Shown here one piece after another: positions 33,718 to 46,421 of a stretch of DNA of 64,000 nucleotides. The first letter of the stretch is position 1, and every line of letters begins with the position of its first letter. The notes under the pieces were generated by a model, which was not told where the DNA came from, made no database searches, and saw nothing but the letters and a program-made list of their open reading frames with translations. A program made the position numbers and the translations under genes. Source of the stretch: Chlorokybus atmophyticus (Eukaryota > Plantae > Mesostigma and Chlorokybus algae); contig RHPI01002262.1 of the NCBI GenBank assembly GCA_009103225.1, forward strand, positions 705,382 to 769,381, given 5' to 3'.

Positions 33718-36700
33718 TCAATCCCCAGGAACGGGCGTCATCTCTTCAGGGCGCGGCAAACGCGTCAGCCATAAATAGGCCATGTTTGTCACACGCGACA
33801 ACGCCACATACCACAATTTAGGAGCAAAAGCTTTCTGCATGTGGACAACAGTAGTTGATTGTAGCGTTGCACCTTGACACTTGTGCACTGTCATTGCATA
33901 CGCTAGCTGCAAAGGAAACACAGCTTTGTAGTACGTTTTGCCTTGAAACGTTGTTGTTTGCTGTATTGTTTGACGCATCCACATGGGTTCTGCCAAGTGA
34001 TCAAATGTAACTTGTATACTGCTTACATTACCTTTGTAGTATCTGAACTGCGTCACTGTTCCCAAAGACCCATTGGCTACACCATCTTGCAGTGAAACGT
34101 TTTCTAAAACCAACACCTTTGCTCCCTTGGCGATTGAAGGTATTAAGTTGAACTTGGGCTTGTGAATCTAATCGTACAGTTCGGGCACGTTCACTGCATT
34201 AGAAGTAATTTGTACTGGCACGATGGTATCGGCTGCAAAACGTTGTCTCACAATCATGCTGTTGAAAGCCAGTGTGTCTTGTACATGTGAACACAATATG
34301 GTTGCATCACTTGGTAACTGCTGTAAGTACTCCGAAGCGACCGGACAGCCATTTAACGCATCTGCTATCTCTGTTGAACTGGGTATGCCAGAACAAACTT
34401 GAATCAAGAATTGAGCAAACAAAGGGTCTCAAGCATGACGCACTGAAACAGAAAGAAAATGTTGCTTAAGTAATGGCCACCTCTGTGATGCAGGAATATG
34501 GCATTTGTGGCAAACCTGCGATGTGTCTTGGACTTTGTGTCCACAAACTGCTGGCAGCTGCTTGTGGTCACCAACCGATACAACGCCAACTATTTGTAGA
34601 AATTCTGGTTCATGAACTTGCTGTAAGCGCAGCATCACCAAGTCAAACAACCGCGATGTCATCATGGAAAACTCGTCAGTAATAAATACTCAACAATGAT
34701 GTAACAGTTTGTAAGCATCATCCATAGCAGTTGCAAACCGTTGACAAGTATTGCGAAGTTGGAATGTACAGTTGAAGCAGACGAGCTGAGCCGCATAGCC
34801 GCAGCGCCAGTTGTAGCACTGAGTAAAACAGGTATCGCAGCAACGCGCAACTTGTGAGTGATGAATTTGGTCAAGAATGTTTTGCCTGCTCCTGGACAAC
34901 CAGATAATACATGTAGACCAACCGGTGTTGCAATGATACATGTTGCGGTGCGTTCTTGCTGGCTGGTCACAGAGAAATTGTTCGCAAACGCAAACTCTTC
35001 AACATTTAAAGTATCTTGAAACATCGGCGCTGATACATCTGGGTTCGTTGTCACAGTTGAAGCTGGAGATGCAGGATTGGATGATGTTAATGTTGAATAT
35101 TGCGTGGTAGGTTCTGGTGCAGTTTGGCTGTCTGTCGGACCAGCTGCAGCCATGGACAAGGCATTAATAGCATTATCAGTGGTCTGCATCATGGCTTTCA
35201 TTGTATGGTGAATCTTAACATCATTGTATAGATGACGTTCGGCATAGCGCGTGACATGTGTCAACAAATTGCGGTTTGTGTTGTTAATGAAACCCCGCAA
35301 CACACATTCTTCATAGTAAGTGCGTGATTGGTTGTTCAAAGAAATCAAATCAACTTCAAAACGAAAAGTAACCCGCTGAAGAAGTAAATTGAAACAAAAC
35401 CCCTCAATGCTGTGTACATGATGGTAATCCGTGAATCTGATGATGCGCGGGACAGCTAACTCATAAACGAATGCATTCAGTCTGTCTCTTAGAGTACGCA
35501 CTGTGTTATGTGGCATAGTGTCTCCATCTCGGTGCATGTACTGTCAAAAGTGGTTGTACATTGTTACTCTTTCTACCTCGTCAGGCCTGACACAATAACG
35601 ATGAATGGGATGCACAATTACCGTCCGTGCACAACCGTTCACTATGCGAGAACGATTGTTAGGCAAACGCGTGTCAACATATGTTACATTGGACGACATT
35701 TGCATGATGGGAATATCTAAACGTATCAAAGCAGCTTCAGCTGGAGCACTGGGTTTGGACAAGTACATTGTGTTCAATATGCGCAATTCGTTAACAGTCA
35801 ATACTTGCAAACCGAGTGCATTGGTGTCTAATGTATCATCAACAGTGCCACAAGGTTCCATTTAAGTTGTGTACTTGACTAAATACCTGCTCAAATGACT
35901 GTCAGTGACTTGCAACACATTACAATGAGCACCCCACAATACTAAAAGCACTGGGTGTGTGGGAACAACATTGCAGTAACAAGTGCGTGGTCTGTAATAA
36001 TCGTACCTGCGCGTTTTTGTATTCAACTGAGGTCGACGATCTGGTTGTACGGGATACGAAAAGCCCATGTCGCACTTGTTGTCAAATGCTCTGCAGCCAC
36101 TGCCAACATCAAAACACTTGTGCATCTGCTTGCGTACAATATATTTACAAAAAACTCGCAGTTTGGAATCAGCTAGTACAAATATTTGCTGTTTTGCATG
36201 GTTAAAATCTCCGGGGATAAACGCAGTGGTTTCACTGCAAACTCGTTCAACATCGTCAGGGTGTAACCACAACATAACTTGTGCATGCAAAGATTCACGG
36301 TGTTGTGTTTTATACCTGATAACATAGTGCATCATACGTCTAAGACTATCCTTTTGCATGATATATTCTTCAAAGAAGGTGCTGAACCGATGATGAAACA
36401 AACGTGCGCACTCCACAGGGGCATCGCGCCAACTAAGTTGCGTGGAGACATTGTGGAGAACATGGAGAACATTCTGCAAATCAATGATCTCAGGGAATTT
36501 GGTACTGGACATGTTATCTGCAGTCATGGTGACAAAGAGATGAGGCATACCCCAATGCTCAACCAGACACAGCAGCTCACTCAACTTTTGTCGATGCCAA
36601 CTCGGAGATCCAATGATGTCACCAGGGACACGAAATTTTACAGCGTTTTTAATGGCATCATTGATTGTGGCAGTAGGTCGTTGTTTGAGGAACTTTTTAA

Positions 36701-37950
36701 CATCAGCGTCCACAGCAACTTCGCGGCACTTTCTGGCTGTGAGAAGTGATTGACGGATTTGGTACATCAACAGCAAATAAGGCTTGTACAATGTGAAAAC
36801 TGAGAACGATTGAGTAAGACGGAACTTGACATAATCTAACAGTCTGCTGTACAGGTTACCATCAAAGAACCCACGATTTTGCGGAAGCAACATGGGAAAC
36901 AGAGCAGACTCAACAGTTAAATTAAGAATGTTGTACGCACCACCTGTATCCATGTGTATAAAAAGAGGAACACAAGGCTTACGCATCGACATATGTCTAA
37001 CGCGCAACATGGTGTCCACTGTGACTTCAACTGTGCTGCGCGAAGGAAATGGCAACAAAGTGGTTAAAACGTATGTGTATGCTGATTCACTAGCAATGTT
37101 TAAAGGATTACGATCCTGTGCACGAGACACAACGCTACGAATAGTAGATGAACCGACAGTGGGGATGCCGTCAAAACAAATGGTTGTTCTGCCAATGTCT
37201 GATATTACTGAACCGGAGTGTTGGACGATAATAGCTCGCTCAACAACTGCAGCAACAAGATGGCATGTTGGTTCTAATGTGTAAACGCATCCCAAGTGAT
37301 AAACACGTACCGTTAATCATATTCAACTGCTGAACTTGGCCAGAAGTGAAACTGCATGAGTTATATAAGTCGCAAAGCGCCATGGACGTGTTGACAAGGG
37401 ACAACATCTGCACTATCATGGGATGTGTCTCCAACAACTTGCGAATGTACACTGCGCTGTGTAACACAATGTAACTGGAACGCTCCGACCCGTGACTACA
37501 TCGATGGCATTGGTAGTAATTACTATCACACTTGGTATAATCGGACATAAAGACATTACCAATGCATTACTAACGCTAGTAGCCAAATCATATGGTGCAA
37601 CAGTGGGTACTGATTGACGATACATTGGGTGATAAGTAGCAGCAGCAGAGTAAAACTGTACATGCCCGCACAAAGAACAACATTGCATTCGCGTGAGAAA
37701 CTTACGTTGTGCATCTTGTCAAAAGGAAAGCATATCATCGTAGTCGTCCCACAATTCGCAATGCTGAGACAAATCGCAGTGTTGCTCGGAAGTCATAGCG
37801 GATGACGCAACAATACTAAGTGGAACATATCAACCGCCCTGACATTCGTCGCCATCCAAAAGAACCATCTCGGCACAGTCCAGCAATTAGGGCGTGCACT
37901 GATGCAAATCCACATGCACAATATATATATCTCGAATGTGTTGCAATATG
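33718..37950 (-). pseudogene. Helitron Rep-helicase (HUH Rep + PIF1-like SF1B helicase), frameshifted
   Basis: Rep: GSPSWHRQKL, PHLFVTMTAD, YVIRYKTQHRESLHAQVMLWL, YLVKYTT. Helicase: GCPGAGKT, TTGAAA, DEFSM, GDHKQLPAV, FPLQLAYAMTVHKCQGATL, YVALSRV. Split over at least six ORFs. Confidence 0.93.
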
Positions 37951-38933
37951 TTGCGATATGATTAGATATGCTGCGATATGGTGCAACATGGTGCGATATG
38001 GTTAGCAACCTGCAGTTAAGTGTTTCAAAAACTTAATCAATGTAACGTTCACGCCACGGTACGTGCTGCGATACTCGGTAAGTAATTGTGAGGTTACAAC
38101 CATCAAAATAATGCTAACCTGAATTACCTTAACGTTAAAATTCAACTAAACGAAAAATCGTATCGTTAAGCCACCATTTGGTCATACATGCAGAGATTGA
38201 TCAATTGGGATCGCAACGGTGACAACAACCGTTGCCGAAAAAGGCAGCGAAATGGCCAATCATTGCAAAGATGCGTAAAAGGTGCCGAAAACTATCTCAG
38301 CGGCAACCCAAAATCGCTAGGGATTCGGTGCAATTGCGGCACAGTTAAAGGTTAAAACGGCCGCGTTTTTGGCGGTACGAGGTCGGGCAGGCCCCATACC
38401 CCAAAGACATGCCGCCACTACTCACCCTCGTTCTAACTAATCCACTCTACCATGTAACGCTAATTGATTACACGCTATAGTTAGTGCGTCATCAAACATG
38501 GTCAACAGCCGAAAAAGATTATTGCGGATAAGTAGTCAATTTGTTATCCGCAGTAAATAATTGGCTGCGCCACGCTACGGCAAAACGCGTCCGCCAATCG
38601 GCCGCCAGAAGTTTTGAGTTCCGCCATCTTCACGGGCAAATCGCGCGTGAGAATTACAACCTTTAGGCTTAGGAGTTGGCTGCGACATGCACAGCAAACT
38701 AGCTACTCGTAAAACCTATTCTATCAGCACAAGTCTAAAAATCACAAAAGTAAATTTCCGGCGTGCTTCTTCAATCTGCTACATTTCGACATTAAGAATG
38801 CCCCGTCAAGCGACTTGGTTATTGAGATAATTCGCGGCCCAAAAGGTCGAGTTTCGGTACTTAAAGAAGTACAAGTACTTTTTTTAAAGCAACCAACCTA
38901 GTGTTAACGTATTAACAAATACGATTGGGCCAA

Positions 38934-40988
38934 CTAGCGGAGCGATTGATTGGGCGGGATCGAGCCGGCCGGGAGGCCGGCCGCAGGGCACAAAGACACA
39001 TCACACGGGCACCGCGTGACTTAGGGCCGTCACATACGGCACCCGCGACTACCTGCCTGCCGCGCATACCCCGCAGCCTGCCTCTCATTGGCTAGGCGGC
39101 GATTATTAGCTATCGGCCATTCAATGTATAGTAATCAGATCTCAGCCTTCCAAAGCACATCCCATGTCGTGCAACTGCTTAAAGTATATGCGCATTGAGC
39201 ACCACATGCACGGTGCACATGTGAGTCATGTGCGTGGTACAGTTTAATTAATGTTTCAATGTGATCGGGAGCAGTCTACCCCCTTTAAGAGCATACTGTT
39301 TGTCCTCCGCTATCTTATGCTCTTAACGGGGTAATATTCGTGACATCCAAGAGCATATTATGCTCTTGATGTTGGGAGCATAAATGTGCTATAAGTGCGG
39401 TTTCATCGCGCCCATCACGCCCATGACATTACGCGTCATAAGTCACGCTTATTGCACCAGCACGCTTGTCACGATACTTGTGCGTTACACCTTGCTTAGC
39501 ACGCCCTAGTCATCACGTGCGTCACGCTTTCGCTACGCGCTACTCCCACCACTTGAAAATATCGCTTAATAAAACTTGTGACAACTACATGATATAAAAA
39601 TATGCTCCTTGCGGTTAAGCATATTTTCTTAAGCACCATTATCTGCCTGTATTTCATTTGATAAGCTCATTTTCTATGCTGTTAGCGGATATTCGTTTGG
39701 AGCGAAATCTCTTAACCAACTAGTAGGGGTAGACTGTACAATTGTGTACCTGTACTGTATCTTGCAGGGTCCGAACAAAAACATTGGTAAAAGCCCAAAG
39801 TTAAAGGGCTTTAAGCGCTAGGTGTTACGCTTGCGTATGCAAGTGTATCACTTGCATAGTGTATATATGTACGTAATATGTTATATGTATTAAGTACATG
39901 TATACATTTGCAAATTGCATGTATGATATGGACATAATAGAATACATTTGAATACAGTGTACAACATATGCTTATGGCACATAAGCGATGTGGTGTTGCA
40001 TAAGCTTTGACGTAGTCCATAAGGCGGCGCCAAATAGTTATGTGATATGACCATGTCACGAATTGGGATAAATTGTGACAGACCTCACTCATGGTAGTGT
40101 CTTTTACTACCATAGCCTAGTGGTCGGGCCCCAATTGTTACAGACCATATGGCAACATTCGCGGTCCCCCGCATCNNNNNNNNNNNNNNNNNNNNNNNNN
40201 NNNNNNNNNNNNNNNNNNNNNNNNNNNNNNNNNNNNNNNNNCCCCGGCGCCCATCACACAACTAGGCACCCGCGACTGAAAGACTGCCGGGAGGCACTAT
40301 GCGCGACCCCGCCTGTGATAGGCTATAAGCCATCGGCCGTTTGATCTGTTCTCAACAGAGCTCGACCATGCAAAGCACATCCCCACGTCATGCGACCGCT
40401 CAAATTTACGCCAGATAAATGCAAAATGAGTACAATAAGGTGCACAAATAGCGGCACATTATTTGATATGGCCCTGGAACACACTTGTTGATGTAGATTA
40501 AGTGATAACGTTTTAATGACGTTACGTGTAGAGGTTTTCAATGGATATAATGTAAAGGTTACGATCAGTAAAATGTTGCTGACCTAAACCATCTTAACGT
40601 TAAGGTTCAACAAAACAAGGAAAAAGCGCCATTGGACCACCATTTGGTTGTATAAAATATTGAGCAAATGGTGTATAGACGTTGACAAACGCCGTTGCCA
40701 CAACAGGCAAGAACTTGGCAATTATTGCAAAGATGCTCAAAAATGTCTTGAAGGCATCTCGGCGGCAACGTAATTTGCAATGGCGAGTTGAAATATACGG
40801 GCTTTTTCGCACAAACTTGGCGACAGTTAGCGGTTAAAACGCGCGCGTTTTGGCGGTACGAGGTCGGGGCGGGCCCCATACCCCAAACACTTGCCGCCAT
40901 TAGTAACCACCATTTCAAGTACTCACGCGGTTCTACGAAACGCTAATGGATGGTCATTACCATCCTGGCAAACATGGTTTTCAGCCGA
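38934..40988 (-). mobile_element. Helitron copy C, non-autonomous, diverged subfamily (contains an N gap)
   Basis: 5' TCGGCTGAAAACCATGTTT (40988) and 3' CCGCTAG (38934), with a perfect GCCGGCC-GGGA-GGCCGGC hairpin about 26 nt inside. Both end regions are homologous to copy A. Flanks give T|T on the minus strand. Confidence 0.8.
39272..39736. mobile_element. Tc1/mariner-type MITE (465 bp) inside copy C
   Basis: CAGTCTACCCCC ... GGGGTAGACTG followed by TA; the left TA is not preserved. Same length and family as 14217-14681. Confidence 0.85.
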
Positions 40989-42420
40989 ACGATTGTAGCT
41001 AATACTCGATGTATTAATCTCGTAACACATTATGTATGTCGGCGTCGCTGCTTCCGTTGTTGACTCATGTGCAAGTATCAGCGATACAATGATACATATT
41101 AAAAAGCAGTGTTCAACACGTTAAACTTGCTTTTATAATCATTAACACTTGTATTTGATACTTATCCCAGCGCTTGACTAGAGCTTGCAGGCTTCAAGTT
41201 CTTCGTAACAAGCGCCAGCAAATGTTTCACTTATATTTCACTAACAATCGTCATTTTAAGCATTATACTTCACAATCAATGAATCCTTTTAAGTGCATAA
41301 TGTGATTGTCAAACATTGCATGAATTGATTTATTGCTTTTGCAGTCGCTTTGGCGCACTTTGCTACAAAGAGTTCATGCTACTACAATGTATTTCACATC
41401 AAACTAGTGATTGAACGACCACTTTTTGCATCCATCATTTGTGCATATCAATGTTTACTTTCACACGTGAATGTTCATTTATCGTATGCAACTTTTTTAC
41501 TTACATTATTAAAAATTTGCATCTACAGTTGTCATGTCGTGATTATGTACTTGATGAATGTAACATACGCAACAACAATTTGTAGATTGAAGTGTAATAT
41601 GGGCACAACACTGTCCGTGATTCCATCACGCACGTTCATGTTAAGTATACCTCACAATCATCAGTCAATTTAAAAATTGTGTTAATGGTCAGCAAGGTTA
41701 CCTCCTTTGACAAGGTCGTGCAGCTGAACCAAACGGAAAGCACATTCAGAGATTGCTTTGCAACATGTGTCACTTTTGATTATTTAAACTGTGGGCTTAA
41801 AAACATGTCTCAGCATCTGACTGTATGTGCATATGGTATAACATATACATAAATATATTATAATTGGTTCTACTTTGCAAGTGTCTACAATATCACATTA
41901 CCGGCTGACTACCAACTTTGCACCAATTGCATGCAACGTGGTGGCATGCATGCCCCATGCTGACGTGGTACTATTATCAAATCAAAATGGGCACTGATGC
42001 TGACAGTGAGCGTACCGACGCAAACAAATGCTGTGGGGCTTGGTTTCTTGCATTGCCAAGTGCTAGCAACATTTGGTTCGTAATTACAGCGTTTCTCAAG
42101 TGTGGCTCCCACATGCTAAGGCCGGGCTGTTGTGTACAAACGATGCAAAAGGCAATTACAATATGCAAACCTACGTGCACATGCAATGTTACCAACATCA
42201 CAACTACTCACCAACTTCACCACCGGGCTGAGGCATGCGCCTGTGAGTAGCCAAGTGACTGTTTATCATCTACAAGCCCATGCGACTGCTGCACACCATT
42301 CAGCAATCTGTTACATATTATTTGTACACGCACAACCTGGCATTGCACTAGCGTTCCTTTGTGATAGTACGTGCCCAGACTAACAAGCGACAAACATTTA
42401 CAGCACGAAATGCACATGTG

Positions 42421-45400
42421 TCAGTCTGACACATTGGTAGCATTTGCGTTCTGTACACCATCCAACTCATCGGCATAAGCTTGCCAGATTTCTGAACACC
42501 GATCTGTGTACGCCACCTGCAACAGAAACAATTGCACCTGTTGACACAGTACACCAGGCAAGCTAGGCCACGGACGCCACCTTGCATTGTGATACAAGCA
42601 ATACGCGACAGTACTGGCACGATATGTACCTGGGTCTTAACAAAGCCGATGAGCATGTCGCAGAAGTCAGTCTGCCGCTCTGTGTCAAAGCGCTCAAACT
42701 CTGCTTTGTTGCGTTCTTGTATGCGCCGGAACTCCTGCAGTGCTGCATCCCTGGAAGCCTCCGTCGCAGCCACATCTCGCTTTGCATCCTCAATCTTGCG
42801 CTGGTGTTTGTCACCACCAAACACCTGTTCCACGGGTGCACGCAACTTTAAGCAGTGACCAGATATGCTACCAATCAACATAGCAAGAACGTTGATGCAG
42901 GTTCGGCAACCACTGCAGCGCTGTCATGCATGGAGTGCATGTCACCAGTAACATGCGACCAGCATGTGTGCAGAAACTGAAAGTCGTGGCGCTGCAGGTT
43001 GGCAGGAAATGAGAAACTAAAAGTCGTTCACTTATAAGGGGACAACGCATGGCATCTGGGATTGCTGATGCTGCTGGTCTAAACAACAAAAACTTGGCAA
43101 CCCACCTTGGTTGCTTGCTGTTCCAGTCGCTGAACCTTGGCCGTCTTTGCGTGCGCATCTGCTGCAAGGGTTTGGACAGTGACCAGCGCCTCCTGGCGAT
43201 CTTGCATGGCGGTGCGCACAGCAGGCATGGCTGCCAAGTACTCATGCAAGGCTTGCAGCTGGTCAACCGTTTTGCTCGTGCCCGTTCGCATAAGCCGCGA
43301 CACCCGCACCGCTGCGGTGCCGACTCTCCGGCAGTCACTGGCCAGCGTCTTTTGGGAAGCGACTGCACTAGCTGATAATTGAAGACGTAAAGCAGTCAGC
43401 AACAGTGAAGGCCATGACTGCGTTATTTACAACATGGCATGCTTGTGCCATGTTGTAAATGACGCCACAATACCACCTACAATATCCAGAAGCAATGTGC
43501 AGCGGGTGAACTGTAATTGTTGCCTTACGTTCATCCTCTTGAAACTTGGCCAGCTTGATGAGCGCCAGCCCAACTTCACCAATCACCTCAACAAGTGCTT
43601 GTTGGCTGGTGCATAGAAGCTCAGCGCGCTGTGATGCCTCAATAACAGCCTTCTCCAAATCCTGCTTGAACAGTCAAACCTCTTTACAGGCCTAGCCACA
43701 AGGTCAATAACAGCAGTTTGGAAAGGAGTGTGGCTAGAAGACATGCAAGCTGGCACCACTTGCCACGACCACAGCATGCAGAGTGCTGGCACAGTCACAA
43801 ACAGAAATGTGTTGTCTCACCTGCACTCGCGCTTTGCGTTCTACAAACTCTGGCTCTTCTTCAACATAAGCTGCCTGCCTTGTGTTGCCCTGCTGCGCAG
43901 ATGCAGTACATGAGTGCTTTATTCCCTAAAAGGCCGTTGCCCTCACCACGAGACAGCTGGTCCGTACCCAATCGTTTGACATACTTTGCTTCAACTCCTT
44001 GAACAGCCGCAACAAGTCATTGCCCTTCGCAGGTTGCACGGCTTCGGTGGGAGGTGGGGCCGTCATGCTATCGCTGCCAAACAGCTGCTTTGGCAGCTTT
44101 GAAGCGCCATCCAGTACCCTTGATAGCGATCCGTTTGATGATGACATGAAAGGCTGCGCTGCAATGCATTAGCTTCATACACATGGATAGATTGTGGGGA
44201 GTATGAGATGAGACTCCCAGCGAATACCTCTCCATCTGCGTCTACAAAGGACTTCAGCAAATCGCATTGTGCAAGCACAGGATGCTGCGCCAAGCGGTTC
44301 ATATACGTCTCAAGCTCTTTTCGACGCTGCTCTATGAAGTCCTTGGACATGATGACCTGCACACGTGCCACACTTTGCTCAGGCACGTCAGGCTTCAGGT
44401 CAGGCAACTTGCCATCCCCCCACAGAGCTTCATGCATGCTTATAAACATAACGCGTGCATAGTATACTTTCCACAGTATAGTGTTCCTTACCTGCCCTTC
44501 AACAGACTTATCCGGCCGAGAAGGTATAAAGTACCCCCGCTGCGTTTCTGCAAGCTTGTCTGCCAGAGTAACAAAGTCCCGGAACCTCCTGCGCACAGAA
44601 CCAGCCCTCCTGCTGTACTGTGGCATGTCTGTTCTGTATGTTACCTGCCAATGCATGTTGTCAGCATGCGAGGAAAATCCCACAACAAGCACTTGCATGC
44701 TGGTGCTTACCAGGTATGTTACATACGTGCTGCCGCCGGGCAATGCTGAGAAGCCAGCACCATCCGAGCGCTTAACTGGGTCTGTGACTGTGATTGTCAT
44801 GTACCCGCTATTGGACGCTCGCTCTGGTGCTGATGCCATGACAGATGAGCTCGCTGCTGAGCTATCTGCCAGCGGCATAAACAAAGCATCTGCATAGGAT
44901 GGCGGCTCCACCAACTGCGTGGATGTGTGCACGTTCAGTAAATTGGGTAAACTGAGCATTTGCAACAGCGCTGTTGGTGAACACGCAGTGCGACTTAGTT
45001 CTGCAGTCAATGAGTTCACTACTGCTCACACTTGCGGCTAGCACGACTCGGTGGCTGGCGACTTGTGCTTACAGACAAGTATGAAGTTCGCTCAAGAGCT
45101 TTGAAAGTAAACCATGCAAACCGCTTGTCTACAAGGAAAGCCTTACCTCGTCTGGCAATGCGAATGGGATAGATTGCGAGGACTCCATGGCTGAGTTACC
45201 CAAAGGATGCCCCTCTCCGGCACCACCAGAACCAAAGCTAAGCGACTCCAGTGCACTCTCAGCACTGCCATGTGCACATCAACAGAATGGTGGCGTGAAT
45301 AGAGCTGTCATGCAGGGACCCGCGCACGGGCTCAGCCGATTGCTTAAACTGGATTACGGATTGCTTACACAACCCAGCGCCACGTCTGACCGCTAGTACC

Positions 45401-45631
45401 GGCATAGTGCCGGCGACAAGCAGCGTCCGGTGTTGCAGCATGGCAAGTCACTGCCACCCCATGTGCCAAGACATATGCAATTGCGTCTTGCAAACGTGCT
45501 CAACTCTCCAATGCTTGAGCATTAAACTTTCTTACGTTCAGCTAATACAAGTTGCTCGTGTGAACGGCCAAGCCGCCGGCGTACCTGAACAGCCGGCTGC
45601 CGACCTGCTCATCGTCATCCTCGTTCATCAT
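42421..45631 (-). CDS. SNX2: Sorting nexin 2-like (PX + BAR/Vps5 C-terminal domain)
   Basis: EPPSYAD, MTITVTDPVKR, TYVTYLV, VRRRFRDFVTLADKLAETQRGYFIPSRPDKS, FIEQRRKELETYMNRLAQHP, PAKGNDLLRLFKELKQS, LHEYLAAMPAV, NKAEFERFDTER; ends ATNVSD*. Confidence 0.92.
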
Positions 45632-46025
45632 GATGGCCTTTATGTGATAACCCGAGAAGACGTCGTCGCCTCAACAGCCAGCCTCGGGCCAAGCCAGGCC
45701 AGGCGAGGACTGGCTGCAACCTCCAATGTACACCGCTGCCTCAACCTAACCCTGAAGTTGCCGTGCAGGCAACATACATGTCTCGACGCAAAAGCAGCAC
45801 TGATCTGCAGGTACACCCGCTATGCCACCTCCAAATGCCAACCCACAGTTGACTCCTTCGCCGCCGCAGCCGACGACAACACCGACAACGCAGGCGTCAA
45901 TGACGCCATTGCCCTTGCTAATAGCCCAGGCTGACGTTATGCGTCGCCTAATGGTCAACTTGCACACGCCTTGCGCTAACGTTATGACGCTAACAAACTA
46001 CTGAGGGTGGCATATCAAGGCTTAT

Positions 46026-46035
46026 GCCACGTGGC
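46026..46035. promoter_or_regulatory. Palindromic G-box (GCCACGTGGC) between divergent SNX2 and WD40 genes
   Basis: Motif read directly in context TATGCCACGTGGC; function is inferred from position only. Confidence 0.35.
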
Positions 46036-46421
46036 GGGAGCGGCGGTGGTTGAGATCGAGGAGTTGAAGGAGGAGGAGAAGCAGGAGATATGAGAAGTAG
46101 ACGCAACGCAGCAAGTACTGCTAGCAACTGAGTCAACGAGAACTGTAGGTTGTTTTTTCCCCTTACAGTTGACACGCACTGGTCTCAGGTAGGGCTTCTG
46201 TATGTGCAGTGGTTGATTTCTGAGCTGCACGTTTGTCGATGGAGCGCAGTCAGCTAGTGTAAGCCTTCTGACCAACGTGCATGCATACAGAGTTGATGCG
46301 ATGGTTTCGCCTGTCGCCATTGGTTGAATGGCCTGTTCCGCAGCTCCCCTCCACTGCAGCTGTGGTAGCTGCTTGCGATCCAACTCCGTACAGTACAGCT
46401 GCACCAAACAGCTAGAGAGCA

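Noticed and set aside
39745-39762. TACTGTA / TACAGTA as mariner excision footprints (also 14682-14688)
   Set aside because: The same bases are present in the homologous position of the other Helitron copy, so they can be ancestral sequence.
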